Below are positions 50,015 to 59,402 of a stretch of 62,338 nt of DNA, piece after piece. The notes beneath the pieces are model-generated. The model was not told the DNA's origin. It saw nothing but the letters and a program-made list of their open reading frames with translations, and did no database searches. The stretch comes from an uncultured Desulfobacterales bacterium. GTDB lineage: Bacteria; Desulfobacterota; DSM-4660; Desulfatiglandales; JALVZP01. Location: assembly GCA_964393645.1 (NCBI GenBank), contig CAYMUI010000056.1:1-62338 (forward strand), read 5' to 3'. Made by a program: the position numbers and the translations under genes. Within the stretch, counting starts at the first letter, position 1. Each line of letters starts with the position of its first letter.

Positions 50015-50210
50015 TACAGAAATAAAAATAAAAGGATATGAGATATTAACCAAATATTTAGGGGAAGTAGAGGCAGAGAGATTTATTGCGTTAATTCAAA
50101 GAGAGCCTTTTGATTATACTAAATGGCGGCAGAAGAACTTACCAGAGGCAGAAACAATAGAAGAGTTAAGTAAGATGGCAATGGAATACAGAAAAAGAAA
50201 AAAATCCTAA
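50004..50210 (+). CDS. Small protein, probable cognate antitoxin
   Basis: 68 aa, overlaps the PIN gene by 11 nt; LGEVEAERFIALI...DYTKWRQ pattern of PIN partner proteins. Confidence 0.7.
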   Translation: MLTDTEIKIKGYEILTKYLGEVEAERFIALIQREPFDYTKWRQKNLPEAETIEELSKMAMEYRKRKKS

Positions 50211-50266
50211 TAACTCGCTTCAGCGGACCCGGCTTAGCGCCGAGCAGCTGAGTTTTGGAATTAGAT
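50205..50266 (+). mobile_element. Degenerate integron attC recombination site
   Basis: TCCTAAT-AACTC-GCTTCAGC-GGACCCGGCTTAGCGCCGAGCA-GCTGAGT-TTTGGA-ATTAGAT: R''/L''/variable stem/L'/R' layout, 62 nt, with the upstream gene stop codon inside R''. Confidence 0.7.
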
Positions 50267-50287
50267 TGTTTAATGCGGGAGGAAAGC

Positions 50288-51553
50288 ATGTTTGAAAAAG
50301 CGTTAGAACTCGGAAGACCCCCTAACATAAGAAAACTTTTTCCAAATTCTAAGGCCCTTATAGTAAGCGGAAAGGTAATAGACAGGGCTCTTCTCAAAAA
50401 AGGAAATGCCATGACTATTGCTGCAAATGCCAGAAATCACATCATTATTAGAGGTGTCTTAAAAGCAGCTCAAAGGGCAAACGCGTGTATAATAATAGAA
50501 ATAGCAAAATCAGAAGGCGGGGTAGACGGATATTGTGCTGTAAGCTACTGGAACTTGGCAAGACAAGTGGATGCGGTTATGAATGAACTCGGAATCACGG
50601 TACCTGTGGCGGTTCATGCAGATCACTACAAGATAAAAGACGCGCAGGACTTGGAAATTGCTAAGATTGAGATTCCCTCTCTTTTTGATGCGGGCATAAC
50701 TTCTATTGCTATAGATGCCTCCAGCATGCCAGATGATGAAAATCTTTTGGCAAATATAACATTGAGTAAATATATTCCAAAGTGGGCAGGATACGAAACA
50801 GAAGTAGGGGAAATAAAAGGAGAAGAAGGGCTTTCCACACCAGAGGAAGCATTATTTCTTATAAGAGGGCTAAATGCTCACGGAATATTTCCTGATTGGA
50901 TAGCCATAAACAACGGAACTACTCACGGAATAGAAAAAACAGGCAGAGGAATCGATGTGGAGCTTACAGCAAGAATACACCAAGTATTAGAACCATACAG
51001 GGTATCTGGGGCACAACATGGAACCTCTGGAAACAGTTTTGAGCTTTTAAAAGAGATAGCAGAAAAGACCAACACTACGAAAGCAAATGTCTCTACAGCC
51101 CTTCAAATGATCTCGTGGGGTGTTAAAGTAAATGAGTATGGAAATGCAGAACTGGACAGCGATGGAAATCCCATAAAAGTGCTAAACAGAGGGGTCTCGG
51201 AACAACTATGGGAAGAAATGAAAGAATATGCCAAAAAACACCATTTAAAAGGAGGAGACTACAAAAAACTGAATCTTCCTTTTGAAAACAGAATATTAAG
51301 ACAGCCTCGTGAAATAAGAGAAAGAATGGCAAAAGATGTTGAAGACTTTGTTTATCACCTGTTGGTAAATGTATTCAACGCAAAAGATACTGCTCCTTTA
51401 GCAATAGAAGAGCTCCTGAAAGCAGGCTCTTACGATCTTGGCCCAAAGGCAAAGAGAATAGAAGATCCATCAGAGTGGACAGAAGAGAAGATCAGAGAAA
51501 AAGCAAAGCCGTTTTATAAAGATAAAAGCAGCGGAAAAGATTATGACGACTAA
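50288..51553 (+). CDS. fba: Class II fructose-bisphosphate aldolase family protein
   Basis: EIAKSE, VHADH, IAIDAS, ETEVGEI, NNGTTHG, AQHGTSG, KANVST; start at ATG 50288 behind GGAGG. Confidence 0.88.
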   Translation: MFEKALELGRPPNIRKLFPNSKALIVSGKVIDRALLKKGNAMTIAANARNHIIIRGVLKAAQRANACIIIEIAKSEGGVDGYCAVSYWNLARQVDAVMNELGITVPVAVHADHYKIKDAQDLEIAKIEIPSLFDAGITSIAIDASSMPDDENLLANITLSKYIPKWAGYETEVGEIKGEEGLSTPEEALFLIRGLNAHGIFPDWIAINNGTTHGIEKTGRGIDVELTARIHQVLEPYRVSGAQHGTSGNSFELLKEIAEKTNTTKANVSTALQMISWGVKVNEYGNAELDSDGNPIKVLNRGVSEQLWEEMKEYAKKHHLKGGDYKKLNLPFENRILRQPREIRERMAKDVEDFVYHLLVNVFNAKDTAPLAIEELLKAGSYDLGPKAKRIEDPSEWTEEKIREKAKPFYKDKSSGKDYDD

Positions 51554-54500
51554 CCAAAAAGGCTAAGCTGAGCAGGTTCTTTTTTGGATTTTGGACTCTT
51601 CTTTTTTCTGACACTTTCTACTAAATGAGCCGGGATCTTTTCAAGAAAAGAGGAAGGTCTTAAGTTTAACACTCTTGAACCTAATCTTCTTCTCTTTACA
51701 TGTGACAAGAAGAGCAGCTTTTTTGCTCTTGTAATCCCAACATAAAAAAGCCTTTTCTCTTCATCGATGTCTGGATTGCCAAATAGGGTGCACGGAATTA
51801 CGCCTTCCTCACAACCAGCTATAAACACCGCTTTCCATTCTAAACCTTTTGCTGAATGTAGAGACATAAGACTTATCCTGTCTCCCACAAGCTCAATATT
51901 GTCTATTCCTCTTTCTGTAGAGAGAAAATCCAGAAAAGACATAAGGTCTTTTTTACGATCAGAGGCTATGTCCAAAATTTTATTTACTGCTTTTAAAGAC
52001 ACCTCGTCTTTCTCAAACCCAAATTCATGAGTATGGAGTATGGCCTTTACTGTATTGTAAGCGTCTGACAGGGGTATCTGACTTACATCTTTACAAGGTA
52101 ACAATCCTTTATCTGACACAAGCTTTATATATCTTTCCCAATAAAACCTCCTTTTGTGTACAAGATAAAGAAGCAAACTGTAAATTACATTCACGGGGTA
52201 TATTTCCCTTAAGGGAACCTCCCCTGCTCTTATTACAGGTATCCCGGCTTTTTTAAAAGCAGCTTCAATCTCATCTCCGATAGAATTTATCCTGTAAAGT
52301 ACAGCAATATCTCCGAAGCTAAAGCCCTCTCCTTCATGAGACTGAACTGTCTGGCTGTCTAAGGAAAAATAAGATGTTCCTCCTATCAGTTTTTCTATGC
52401 TTTTTACTATGTACTCGGCTTCCTGTTTTTCTGTAGAACAAGAAGCAATAACTATTCTGCCTTTTTCATCTGAAACAGCCTGCATAGGCTCTTTGTCTAA
52501 GATGGCCGCTCCTGCTTTAAGTATTTCAGGTGCGGATCTGTAGTTTTTATCAAGGCTTATCTGAACAGCATCTTCAAATTCTTCGCAAAACCTAAGGAAT
52601 GCACTTCTGTCGGCACCTCTAAAACCATATATGGCCTGATCCGGATCTCCAATGGCAAACACAAAAGAGTCTCCTGCTTTAGAAATAGCCTTTAATATGC
52701 CCACCTGATTGGGATTTGTATCTTGGTATTCATCTACAAATATATATGGTCTCATTCGGGATATCTCAGCAGCTATCTCAGGATAAGTTCTCAAAAGCTC
52801 AAAAGCCATTCGTTCTAAGTCATCTATGTCAAGCATATTCATGGCTTTTAACTTTTTACTGTATTCTTCGTAACACCTGCTTACTTCAGAATCATCGAGC
52901 TCTTTTAAAACGCCGCTTTTTACAAAAGGAAGAAGTTTCAAAAGCTTATCTGCGACTCTTTTTTTACCACATACTTGTCTTATTATTTCTTCAGATTCCC
53001 AACTGCTACATATAGAAAAATCTTTGCCGATACCTATAAGATCCCCTTTTTCTCTCAAGATCCACAGACAAAATGAATGAAAAGTAGAAATCCAAATCCC
53101 ATCGCTTGAGTGTCTCAAAAGCTTTTCAATCCTGTCTCTCATTTCGTCTGCTGCCTTGTTAGTAAAAGTAATTGCGAGTATCTGATCAGGCTTTGCTTTA
53201 CCAGATCTAACCAAATAAGCTATTCTGTGAGTAAGAGTTAATGTCTTTCCAGAACCAGGACCTGCAACTACAATGACATTTTTTCCACTGTGAAACACAG
53301 CCTCTCTTTGAGCCGGATTTAGCACATCTAAGATAGGATCAAACTGTTGGGACTTTTTAGAAAGATTTTCAGATCTAATGCTCTTCTTTTTGTTAAGCTT
53401 AGGAAGGTCTCTTTTGTAATGAAGATTCTTTTTTGAGGAAATCTTAAAAAGAAGCGATTGACCAGAAAAAATGGCTTTCTCTCCGTCTTCAAACAATCTT
53501 ATCTTTCCGTATTCTCCATCATATCCCGGTTTTTTAATAACCTTTTGCTCTCTCATTCTCTTTATCGCTTCTGCAAGCAACTCTCCTCCGGCTTCTTTTA
53601 TATCTTCTAAGGATACATCCATAAGGATACTTAACTCTGAACCAAGCTCTGAGGTGAGTCTTTCGTATTCTTGCCTTACTTTTTTTGTCTCCACCCCACA
53701 ATCCATTATTTCAGAGATTATTTCTGTCAGAGGGATAAGAGAATAAAAGGGTTTCTTTAAAACCGGCTCCTCTCTATCAGCAAGCTCGTATACCCTGTGT
53801 AGTACCCCTATGGTTAAAGGGTTTCCGCACACAGGACATATATTGTTTAAAGCCATGCTTTCCTTTGGATTAAGACATACATTACATCTTCTGTGTCCAT
53901 CCAGATGGTATTTTCCTTCCTCTGGAAAAAACTCAACAGTACCCAAGAATCCTTTTCCACTCTTCATAGCGTCTACTAAGGAATAGTAATTGAGATCTGT
54001 ATCGAATATATTTGCCTCTCTTCCGAGCCTTGTAAGAGAGTGGGCATCCGAATTAGATACCAGCACATAAGAGTCTAAGTCAGACAAAAGCCTATTCATC
54101 GGCGGATCGGAAGAAAGACCGGTTTCAAGTGCATGTATATACTTTGTAAGATCCTCAAAACACTCCTCTATGTGATCAAATCCGGACTTAGAGCCAAAAA
54201 GAGAAAACCACGGAGTCCATATATGAGCAGGAATAAAAAAGGCATCAGCAGATACTTCCAATACTATCTCTAAAAGAAGTTTTGCATCTAAACCAAGAAC
54301 GGGTCTTCCGTCTGCACTCAAGTCTCCAATTTTCGAAAGTCTTTTATTAAGTTTTTTTGCAGACTCTATATCAGGAAGTAGTATAAGGTTGTGAATCTTT
54401 CTGAGCTTTCCGGCTTTCTTATATATACAGCTTATCTCACCGGAGATGACGAATCTCGGCTCTATTGCTTCTGTAGATAAGGGAATAGGATCTTTTAGTT

Positions 54501-54693
54501 TATACAATCCATCTTCTGCTTCCTTTAACTCGTCTTCTATTTCAGATAACCACTTGGGATGAGTAAAGTCTCCTGTTCCTATTACTGCGATCCCTTTTTT
54601 TGCTGACCAAATGGCTATGTTTCTCAAAGTTAACAGGGGAGAAGTTGCTCTTGAATAAGGAGAATGGATGTGAAGGTCTGCAAAGAACCTCAT
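51550..54693 (-). CDS. Endonuclease Q-like PHP domain fused to a UvrD/PcrA-family helicase
   Basis: N: ADLHIHSPYSRATS, GTGDFTHP, AHIWTPWFS, ETGLSSDP, NSDAHS, GKYHLDGHRRC..C...CPVC; C: AGPGSGKT, DEYQD, GDPDQAIYGFRGA, NYRS, SLHSAKGLEW, EEKRLFYVGITRAK. Confidence 0.93.
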   Translation of the reverse strand: MRFFADLHIHSPYSRATSPLLTLRNIAIWSAKKGIAVIGTGDFTHPKWLSEIEDELKEAEDGLYKLKDPIPLSTEAIEPRFVISGEISCIYKKAGKLRKIHNLILLPDIESAKKLNKRLSKIGDLSADGRPVLGLDAKLLLEIVLEVSADAFFIPAHIWTPWFSLFGSKSGFDHIEECFEDLTKYIHALETGLSSDPPMNRLLSDLDSYVLVSNSDAHSLTRLGREANIFDTDLNYYSLVDAMKSGKGFLGTVEFFPEEGKYHLDGHRRCNVCLNPKESMALNNICPVCGNPLTIGVLHRVYELADREEPVLKKPFYSLIPLTEIISEIMDCGVETKKVRQEYERLTSELGSELSILMDVSLEDIKEAGGELLAEAIKRMREQKVIKKPGYDGEYGKIRLFEDGEKAIFSGQSLLFKISSKKNLHYKRDLPKLNKKKSIRSENLSKKSQQFDPILDVLNPAQREAVFHSGKNVIVVAGPGSGKTLTLTHRIAYLVRSGKAKPDQILAITFTNKAADEMRDRIEKLLRHSSDGIWISTFHSFCLWILREKGDLIGIGKDFSICSSWESEEIIRQVCGKKRVADKLLKLLPFVKSGVLKELDDSEVSRCYEEYSKKLKAMNMLDIDDLERMAFELLRTYPEIAAEISRMRPYIFVDEYQDTNPNQVGILKAISKAGDSFVFAIGDPDQAIYGFRGADRSAFLRFCEEFEDAVQISLDKNYRSAPEILKAGAAILDKEPMQAVSDEKGRIVIASCSTEKQEAEYIVKSIEKLIGGTSYFSLDSQTVQSHEGEGFSFGDIAVLYRINSIGDEIEAAFKKAGIPVIRAGEVPLREIYPVNVIYSLLLYLVHKRRFYWERYIKLVSDKGLLPCKDVSQIPLSDAYNTVKAILHTHEFGFEKDEVSLKAVNKILDIASDRKKDLMSFLDFLSTERGIDNIELVGDRISLMSLHSAKGLEWKAVFIAGCEEGVIPCTLFGNPDIDEEKRLFYVGITRAKKLLFLSHVKRRRLGSRVLNLRPSSFLEKIPAHLVESVRKKKSPKSKKEPAQLSLFG

Positions 54694-55130
54694 TTTTTTT
54701 CTTCGTCTTCTTCAAATTCTATTTCTAAGTTTTCAAGCTCGATAGGTTCTAATTCTATCTCTTCTTTCTCCTCTTTTTGAACGGCTTCTTCTTTTCTTTT
54801 TTGGATCTGCTCTTCCAAAGATTTGAGATCTACAGGTTCAATTTCTATCTCTTCGTCTTCGCTCAAAGTTTCTTCTGTTTCTACTGCACTCTTTGGCTTT
54901 TCTGTGTCCATCTGTTCGCCAGCAAGAGAGTCCAAACTGATCTTTTCCAGTTCTATTTCTTCCTCAGTAAATTCTTTGGATGCCGCTTCTTCTTCAGTTA
55001 ACCAATCTACAGGAGATGTCTTAAAAGAGAAAAGCGAAAGTTTTTCCCTTACTTCTTTAAGCTCCCTGTTACAGTTGGGACACTTTTCATTAAAATCAAA
55101 GCTTATGTAACCACACTTTGGACATTTCAT
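54690..55130 (-). CDS. Zinc-ribbon protein with acidic repeated tail
   Basis: MKCPKCGY...CPNCN, then Glu-rich low-complexity region; ATGA-coupled on both sides. Confidence 0.8.
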   Translation of the reverse strand: MKCPKCGYISFDFNEKCPNCNRELKEVREKLSLFSFKTSPVDWLTEEEAASKEFTEEEIELEKISLDSLAGEQMDTEKPKSAVETEETLSEDEEIEIEPVDLKSLEEQIQKRKEEAVQKEEKEEIELEPIELENLEIEFEEDEEKK

Positions 55131-55777
55131 AACAAACCTTTTACCTTATCCCAATCTTTGAGAAACCTCTCAATACCTATATCAGTTAAAGGATGTTTTA
55201 TAAGCTGAACAAGTACCTTAAACGGTATTGTAGCTATATCAGCTCCCATGAGAGCTGCTTCTAAGACATGAAGTGGATTCCTTATACTTGCTACAATTAT
55301 TTCTGTTTCAAAGCCATAGTTATCGTATATGGTAATTATCTGTTCCACAAGTGACATGCCTGTATGACTTATGTCATCCAGTCTGCCTACAAACGGACTT
55401 ATGTAATTAGCTCCTGCTTTTGCAGCAAGAAGCGCCTGAATAGGAGAAAAGCACAAGGTAACATTTGTCTTTATTCCCTCCCCAGACAACACCTTTACTG
55501 CCTTTAGCCCTTCTTCAGTAAGCGGTATCTTGATCACAATATTGGGTGCTATTTTGGACAGCTCTCTTGCCTCTTTTACCATTCCATCTTTATCCAGACT
55601 TACCGCTTCAACACTAACGGGCCCATCCACGATGTTACATATCTGCTCTATGAGTTCTCTGGGATTGCGCTTTTCCTTAGACAGAAGTGTAGGATTTGTT
55701 GTCACCCCATCTACAAGACCTAACTCTACCCCTTTTTTAATTTCATCTAAGTTCGCAGTATCTATAAAGAACTTCAT
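55127..55777 (-). CDS. fsa: Transaldolase/fructose-6-phosphate aldolase (TalC/Fsa family)
   Basis: [40 protein letters not shown]. Confidence 0.93.
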   Translation of the reverse strand: MKFFIDTANLDEIKKGVELGLVDGVTTNPTLLSKEKRNPRELIEQICNIVDGPVSVEAVSLDKDGMVKEARELSKIAPNIVIKIPLTEEGLKAVKVLSGEGIKTNVTLCFSPIQALLAAKAGANYISPFVGRLDDISHTGMSLVEQIITIYDNYGFETEIIVASIRNPLHVLEAALMGADIATIPFKVLVQLIKHPLTDIGIERFLKDWDKVKGLL

Positions 55778-56028
55778 ACACCCCTTCCCTCCCTTAATTT
55801 CTTTTCAAACAGCTCAGCACATTCTTCTGAACAGAAATAATATCTTTTGCCATTTATGACCCTTATGTGAGCTTGATCTACTGGAATGTATGTCTTGCAC
55901 TCAGGATCCTGAACCATCTCTCCAACTTCTAAGTTTGGACTCTGATTTTCTCTGTGATAGCCTTTTTCCTTTTTTATAAAAAATTTGTACAAAAGATAAA
56001 TCAAAATCGCAGTAATTATTAATCTCAT
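55774..56028 (-). CDS. Small membrane-anchored YHS/TRASH-domain protein
   Basis: Hydrophobic N-terminus, [20 protein letters not shown]. Confidence 0.8.
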   Translation of the reverse strand: MRLIITAILIYLLYKFFIKKEKGYHRENQSPNLEVGEMVQDPECKTYIPVDQAHIRVINGKRYYFCSEECAELFEKKLREGRGV

Positions 56029-56517
56029 TTATCTCTTCACCAAAATCACAGATTGTCCGTCTTCAGATATATCTCTTAAGATGTCTGTAACAGACCTGTT
56101 CAAAACAGGATGAATCAAATCTGGCTCAAGTTCGCTTACCGGGACAAGCACAAATCTTCTCTTATGCATTAAAGGATGCGGAATTGTCAGTCTCTTACCG
56201 TTTATTACCATATCTTCGTACAGAAGAAGATCCAAATCGATCACCCTTGGTCCCCACTTAAAGCTTTTTTTTCTTCCCATAAGAACTTCAATCTCTTGAA
56301 GCCTGTCTAAAAGCTCGTAAGGATTCAGCTCGGTTTCTATCAAAACAGCACAGTTTATAAACCAGTCTTGTTCTTTGTATCCTACTGGCTCAGTTTTGTA
56401 AAAAGAAGATTTTTTCAGGACCCTACAGCCTTTCACACTGTCCAGCAGACGAATGGCTTTTAAACAGTTTTGAAGTTTTTCTCCGATGTTAGAACCTATG
56501 GCCACAAAAGCTCTCAA
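56029..56517 (-). CDS. folK: 2-amino-4-hydroxy-6-hydroxymethyldihydropteridine diphosphokinase
   Basis: [37 protein letters not shown]. Confidence 0.97.
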   Translation of the reverse strand: MRAFVAIGSNIGEKLQNCLKAIRLLDSVKGCRVLKKSSFYKTEPVGYKEQDWFINCAVLIETELNPYELLDRLQEIEVLMGRKKSFKWGPRVIDLDLLLYEDMVINGKRLTIPHPLMHKRRFVLVPVSELEPDLIHPVLNRSVTDILRDISEDGQSVILVKR

Positions 56518-57677
56518 ATCTTTATCCTTTTTATTCTTGTTACCGCTTCTTTTAATCTTTCATCCCTTTGGGTAAGGGAAATTCTTATGTATCCTTCCCC
56601 TGGCTCTCCAAATCCATTTCCCGGGGTAACCACAACCCCGGCCTCTTCTAAAAGCTTGGAAGCAAATCCTTCCGAATCATAACCCTCAGGCACTTTTATC
56701 CACAGGTAAAAAGTAGCCTTCGGGGGCTTCACTTTAAGACCTATGTTATTTAATGCATCTACAAGGAGATCCCTTCTTTTTCGATATATCTCTACCGTTT
56801 TTTTTAGCCAAGATTCATCTAACTGCAACGCTCTAATCGCAGCCACTTGAACCGCTTGGAAAACACCAGAGTCTACATTACTCTTTATTGCCCCCAATGC
56901 TGAAACGAGTTCAGAATTTCCCACAGCAAACCCTATTCTCCAACCTGTCATGTTGTATGTTTTGGAAAGAGAGTGAAATTCTATTGCCACATCTTTTGCC
57001 CCGTCCACTTCTAAAAAACTCGGAGGAACATATCCGTCGAAACTAATTTCAGTGTATGCTGCATCGTGACACACGATAATCTCGTATCTTTTTGCAAACC
57101 TTACCACTTCTTTAAAAAATGTCCTATCTGCTATTGCAGAAGTAGGATTATTGGGATAATTTATGAACATAATCTTTGCCTTCTCTGCGATCTGCTGCGG
57201 AATTGAAGAAAGGTCTGGCAAAAAAAGGTTTTTTTCCAAAAGGGGCATAAAAAAAGAGGTTCCCCCAGCAAATATGGTTGCTATGTTGTAGACTGGATAC
57301 GCAGGGCTTGGCACAAGAACAATGTCCCCTGGGTTTACAAAAGCCAATGGAAAGTGGGCTATCCCTTCTTTGCTTCCTATGAGAGACAAAACTTCATGTT
57401 CAGGATCAAGTGAGACCCCAAATCTATCTTTATACCATTTTGCTACCGCTTTTCTAAACTCGATCATTCCGGAATAAGAAGGATACCTGTGATTGTCTGG
57501 ATCCTGAACAGCCTTTTTCATCTCTTCTACTACCGGCTCTGGTGTGGGAAGATCGGGATCACCTACTCCAAGATCGATAACATCTACCCCCTTAGATATA
57601 GCTTCATCCCTTTTTCTGTCCAACTCCTTAAATAAATAAGGTGGAAGTTTTGTAAGCCTCTCTGCTCTTTCAAACAT
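56514..57677 (-). CDS. dapL: LL-diaminopimelate aminotransferase
   Basis: [38 protein letters not shown]; located in the dapF-dapA-dapB operon (specific function rests on context). Confidence 0.85.
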   Translation of the reverse strand: MFERAERLTKLPPYLFKELDRKRDEAISKGVDVIDLGVGDPDLPTPEPVVEEMKKAVQDPDNHRYPSYSGMIEFRKAVAKWYKDRFGVSLDPEHEVLSLIGSKEGIAHFPLAFVNPGDIVLVPSPAYPVYNIATIFAGGTSFFMPLLEKNLFLPDLSSIPQQIAEKAKIMFINYPNNPTSAIADRTFFKEVVRFAKRYEIIVCHDAAYTEISFDGYVPPSFLEVDGAKDVAIEFHSLSKTYNMTGWRIGFAVGNSELVSALGAIKSNVDSGVFQAVQVAAIRALQLDESWLKKTVEIYRKRRDLLVDALNNIGLKVKPPKATFYLWIKVPEGYDSEGFASKLLEEAGVVVTPGNGFGEPGEGYIRISLTQRDERLKEAVTRIKRIKI

Positions 57678-57695
57678 GTTCTTAAACTCCCGCTT

Positions 57696-58499
57696 TTATT
57701 TCAGACCGAGTACATCCTGCATGTCATAAAGACCAGGAGGTTGATCAACTACCCACATAGCCGCCCTAACAGCTCCTCTTGCAAAGCAATCTCTACTGTG
57801 GGCTTTATGAACGAACTCTATCCTTTCACCCATACCACCAAATATTACTATATGCTCTCCTGTTATATCACCTGCTCTTACAGCATGGATACCGAGTTCG
57901 CTTCTACTTCTCTCGCCAACAATACCTCTTCTTCCATAAACGCCTGTCTGCTCCAAATTGAGTCCTCTTGCCTTAGCAATGATCTGGGCAATCTTTAAAG
58001 CTGTTCCACTTGGGGCATCCTTTTTAAAACGATGGTGCAGTTCTACTATCTCTATGTCGTATTCTTCCCCGAGTATTTTACTAAGCTCTTCTACTACCTT
58101 AAACATAACATTTACGCCTATGCTCATATTCGGTGACAACACACATCTGACCTTTTTAGCATGTTCTCTTATCTCGTTTAACAACTCATCAGAAAATCCG
58201 GTGGTTCCAATTACTATGGAAAGCCCTTTTTCAGCTACTAATTTCACATGCTTATAGGTTGCTTCAGGCACGGTAAAATCTATCAAAACATCGCCTTTGT
58301 CTAAGAGATCCGAAACAGAATCCTTTATCTCAACTCCCAGCCTTCCTACACCAGCCACGATCCCCGCATCTTTTCCTACATCGGGATGATCGCCTCTTTC
58401 AAATGCACCTACAAGCTGAATGCCTTCGGTATTATTTATTGCTTCAATTATCCTTTTACCCATCCTGCCAGCAGCGCCTGCCACGATTGCTCTTATCAT
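57696..58499 (-). CDS. dapB: 4-hydroxy-tetrahydrodipicolinate reductase
   Basis: GAAGRMG, IDFT, IGTTG, PNMSIG, ELHHRFKKDAPSGTA, RAGDITGEH. Confidence 0.99.
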   Translation of the reverse strand: MIRAIVAGAAGRMGKRIIEAINNTEGIQLVGAFERGDHPDVGKDAGIVAGVGRLGVEIKDSVSDLLDKGDVLIDFTVPEATYKHVKLVAEKGLSIVIGTTGFSDELLNEIREHAKKVRCVLSPNMSIGVNVMFKVVEELSKILGEEYDIEIVELHHRFKKDAPSGTALKIAQIIAKARGLNLEQTGVYGRRGIVGERSRSELGIHAVRAGDITGEHIVIFGGMGERIEFVHKAHSRDCFARGAVRAAMWVVDQPPGLYDMQDVLGLK

Positions 58500-58509
58500 G
58501 ACCTTTCTC

Positions 58510-59382
58510 CTATATCAAATTATACTGTTTCAATACAGTCTTTAGCTTCTCCAGATTTGCCTTGCTCATCGGACAAAGTGGAAGCCTAAGCTCTCCTTTT
58601 ATCTTTCCCATAAGTGAAAGAGCAGTTTTTACGGGAATCGGGTTCGTTTCGTAAAACATCGCTTGGCATAAAGGCAGCAGTTTAAGATACATGTTCTTTG
58701 CACCTTCTACATCTCCCTTTTCCCACAGCTTTATCATTTCTGCAGTTTCCTTGGGCACAATGTTTGCTATTACCGAGATAACCCCTTTCCCTCCGATAGA
58801 AAGTACGGGCAGGGTAAGAGTATCATCTCCTGAAAGGAGAGTAATTTTATCTCCTGCGAGATTTAAGATCTCTGCCATCTGAACAAGATTGCCAGATGCC
58901 TCCTTTATAGCAACAATCTCTTTTAGCTCTGCAAGTCTTGCCACAGTTTGAGGAAGCATATTTACCCCTGTTCTTCCTGGAATGTTGTAAAGAACCTGAG
59001 GCAAAGGCACTTCCTTTGCAATAGTGGAAAAATGCAGGTAAAGACCTTCTTGCGTTGGTTTGTTATAATAGGGAACTACCTGAAGCGTCGCGTCTGCTCC
59101 TGCCTCCTTTGCAAAAGCGGTAAGCTCGATGGCTTCCTTTGTGTTATTTGCTCCTGCACCAGCAATTACAGGAACCCTCTTGTTCACTGCCTCTACACAT
59201 ATTTTTATTACCCTTTTGTGTTCCTCAAAATCCAAGGTAGCTGACTCTCCTGTTGTTCCACAGGGCACAATCGCACTTGTGCCATTTTCTATTTGAAACT
59301 CTATAAGTTCTCTAAATGCCTCTTCATCCACCTTGCCATCTTTAAAAGGAGTAACTATTGCAACTATGGACCCTTTAAACAT
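58510..59382 (-). CDS. dapA: 4-hydroxy-tetrahydrodipicolinate synthase
   Basis: AIVTPF, GTTGES, PYYNKP, YNIPGRTG, IKEASG, SGDD, NPIPVK. Confidence 0.99.
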   Translation of the reverse strand: MFKGSIVAIVTPFKDGKVDEEAFRELIEFQIENGTSAIVPCGTTGESATLDFEEHKRVIKICVEAVNKRVPVIAGAGANNTKEAIELTAFAKEAGADATLQVVPYYNKPTQEGLYLHFSTIAKEVPLPQVLYNIPGRTGVNMLPQTVARLAELKEIVAIKEASGNLVQMAEILNLAGDKITLLSGDDTLTLPVLSIGGKGVISVIANIVPKETAEMIKLWEKGDVEGAKNMYLKLLPLCQAMFYETNPIPVKTALSLMGKIKGELRLPLCPMSKANLEKLKTVLKQYNLI

Positions 59383-59402
59383 ACACCCCTCCTTTCTTAA
59401 AT

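Noticed and set aside
50255-50287. Upstream TTG start of the aldolase ORF
   Set aside because: Lies in the attC site; ATG 50288 has a GGAGG RBS.
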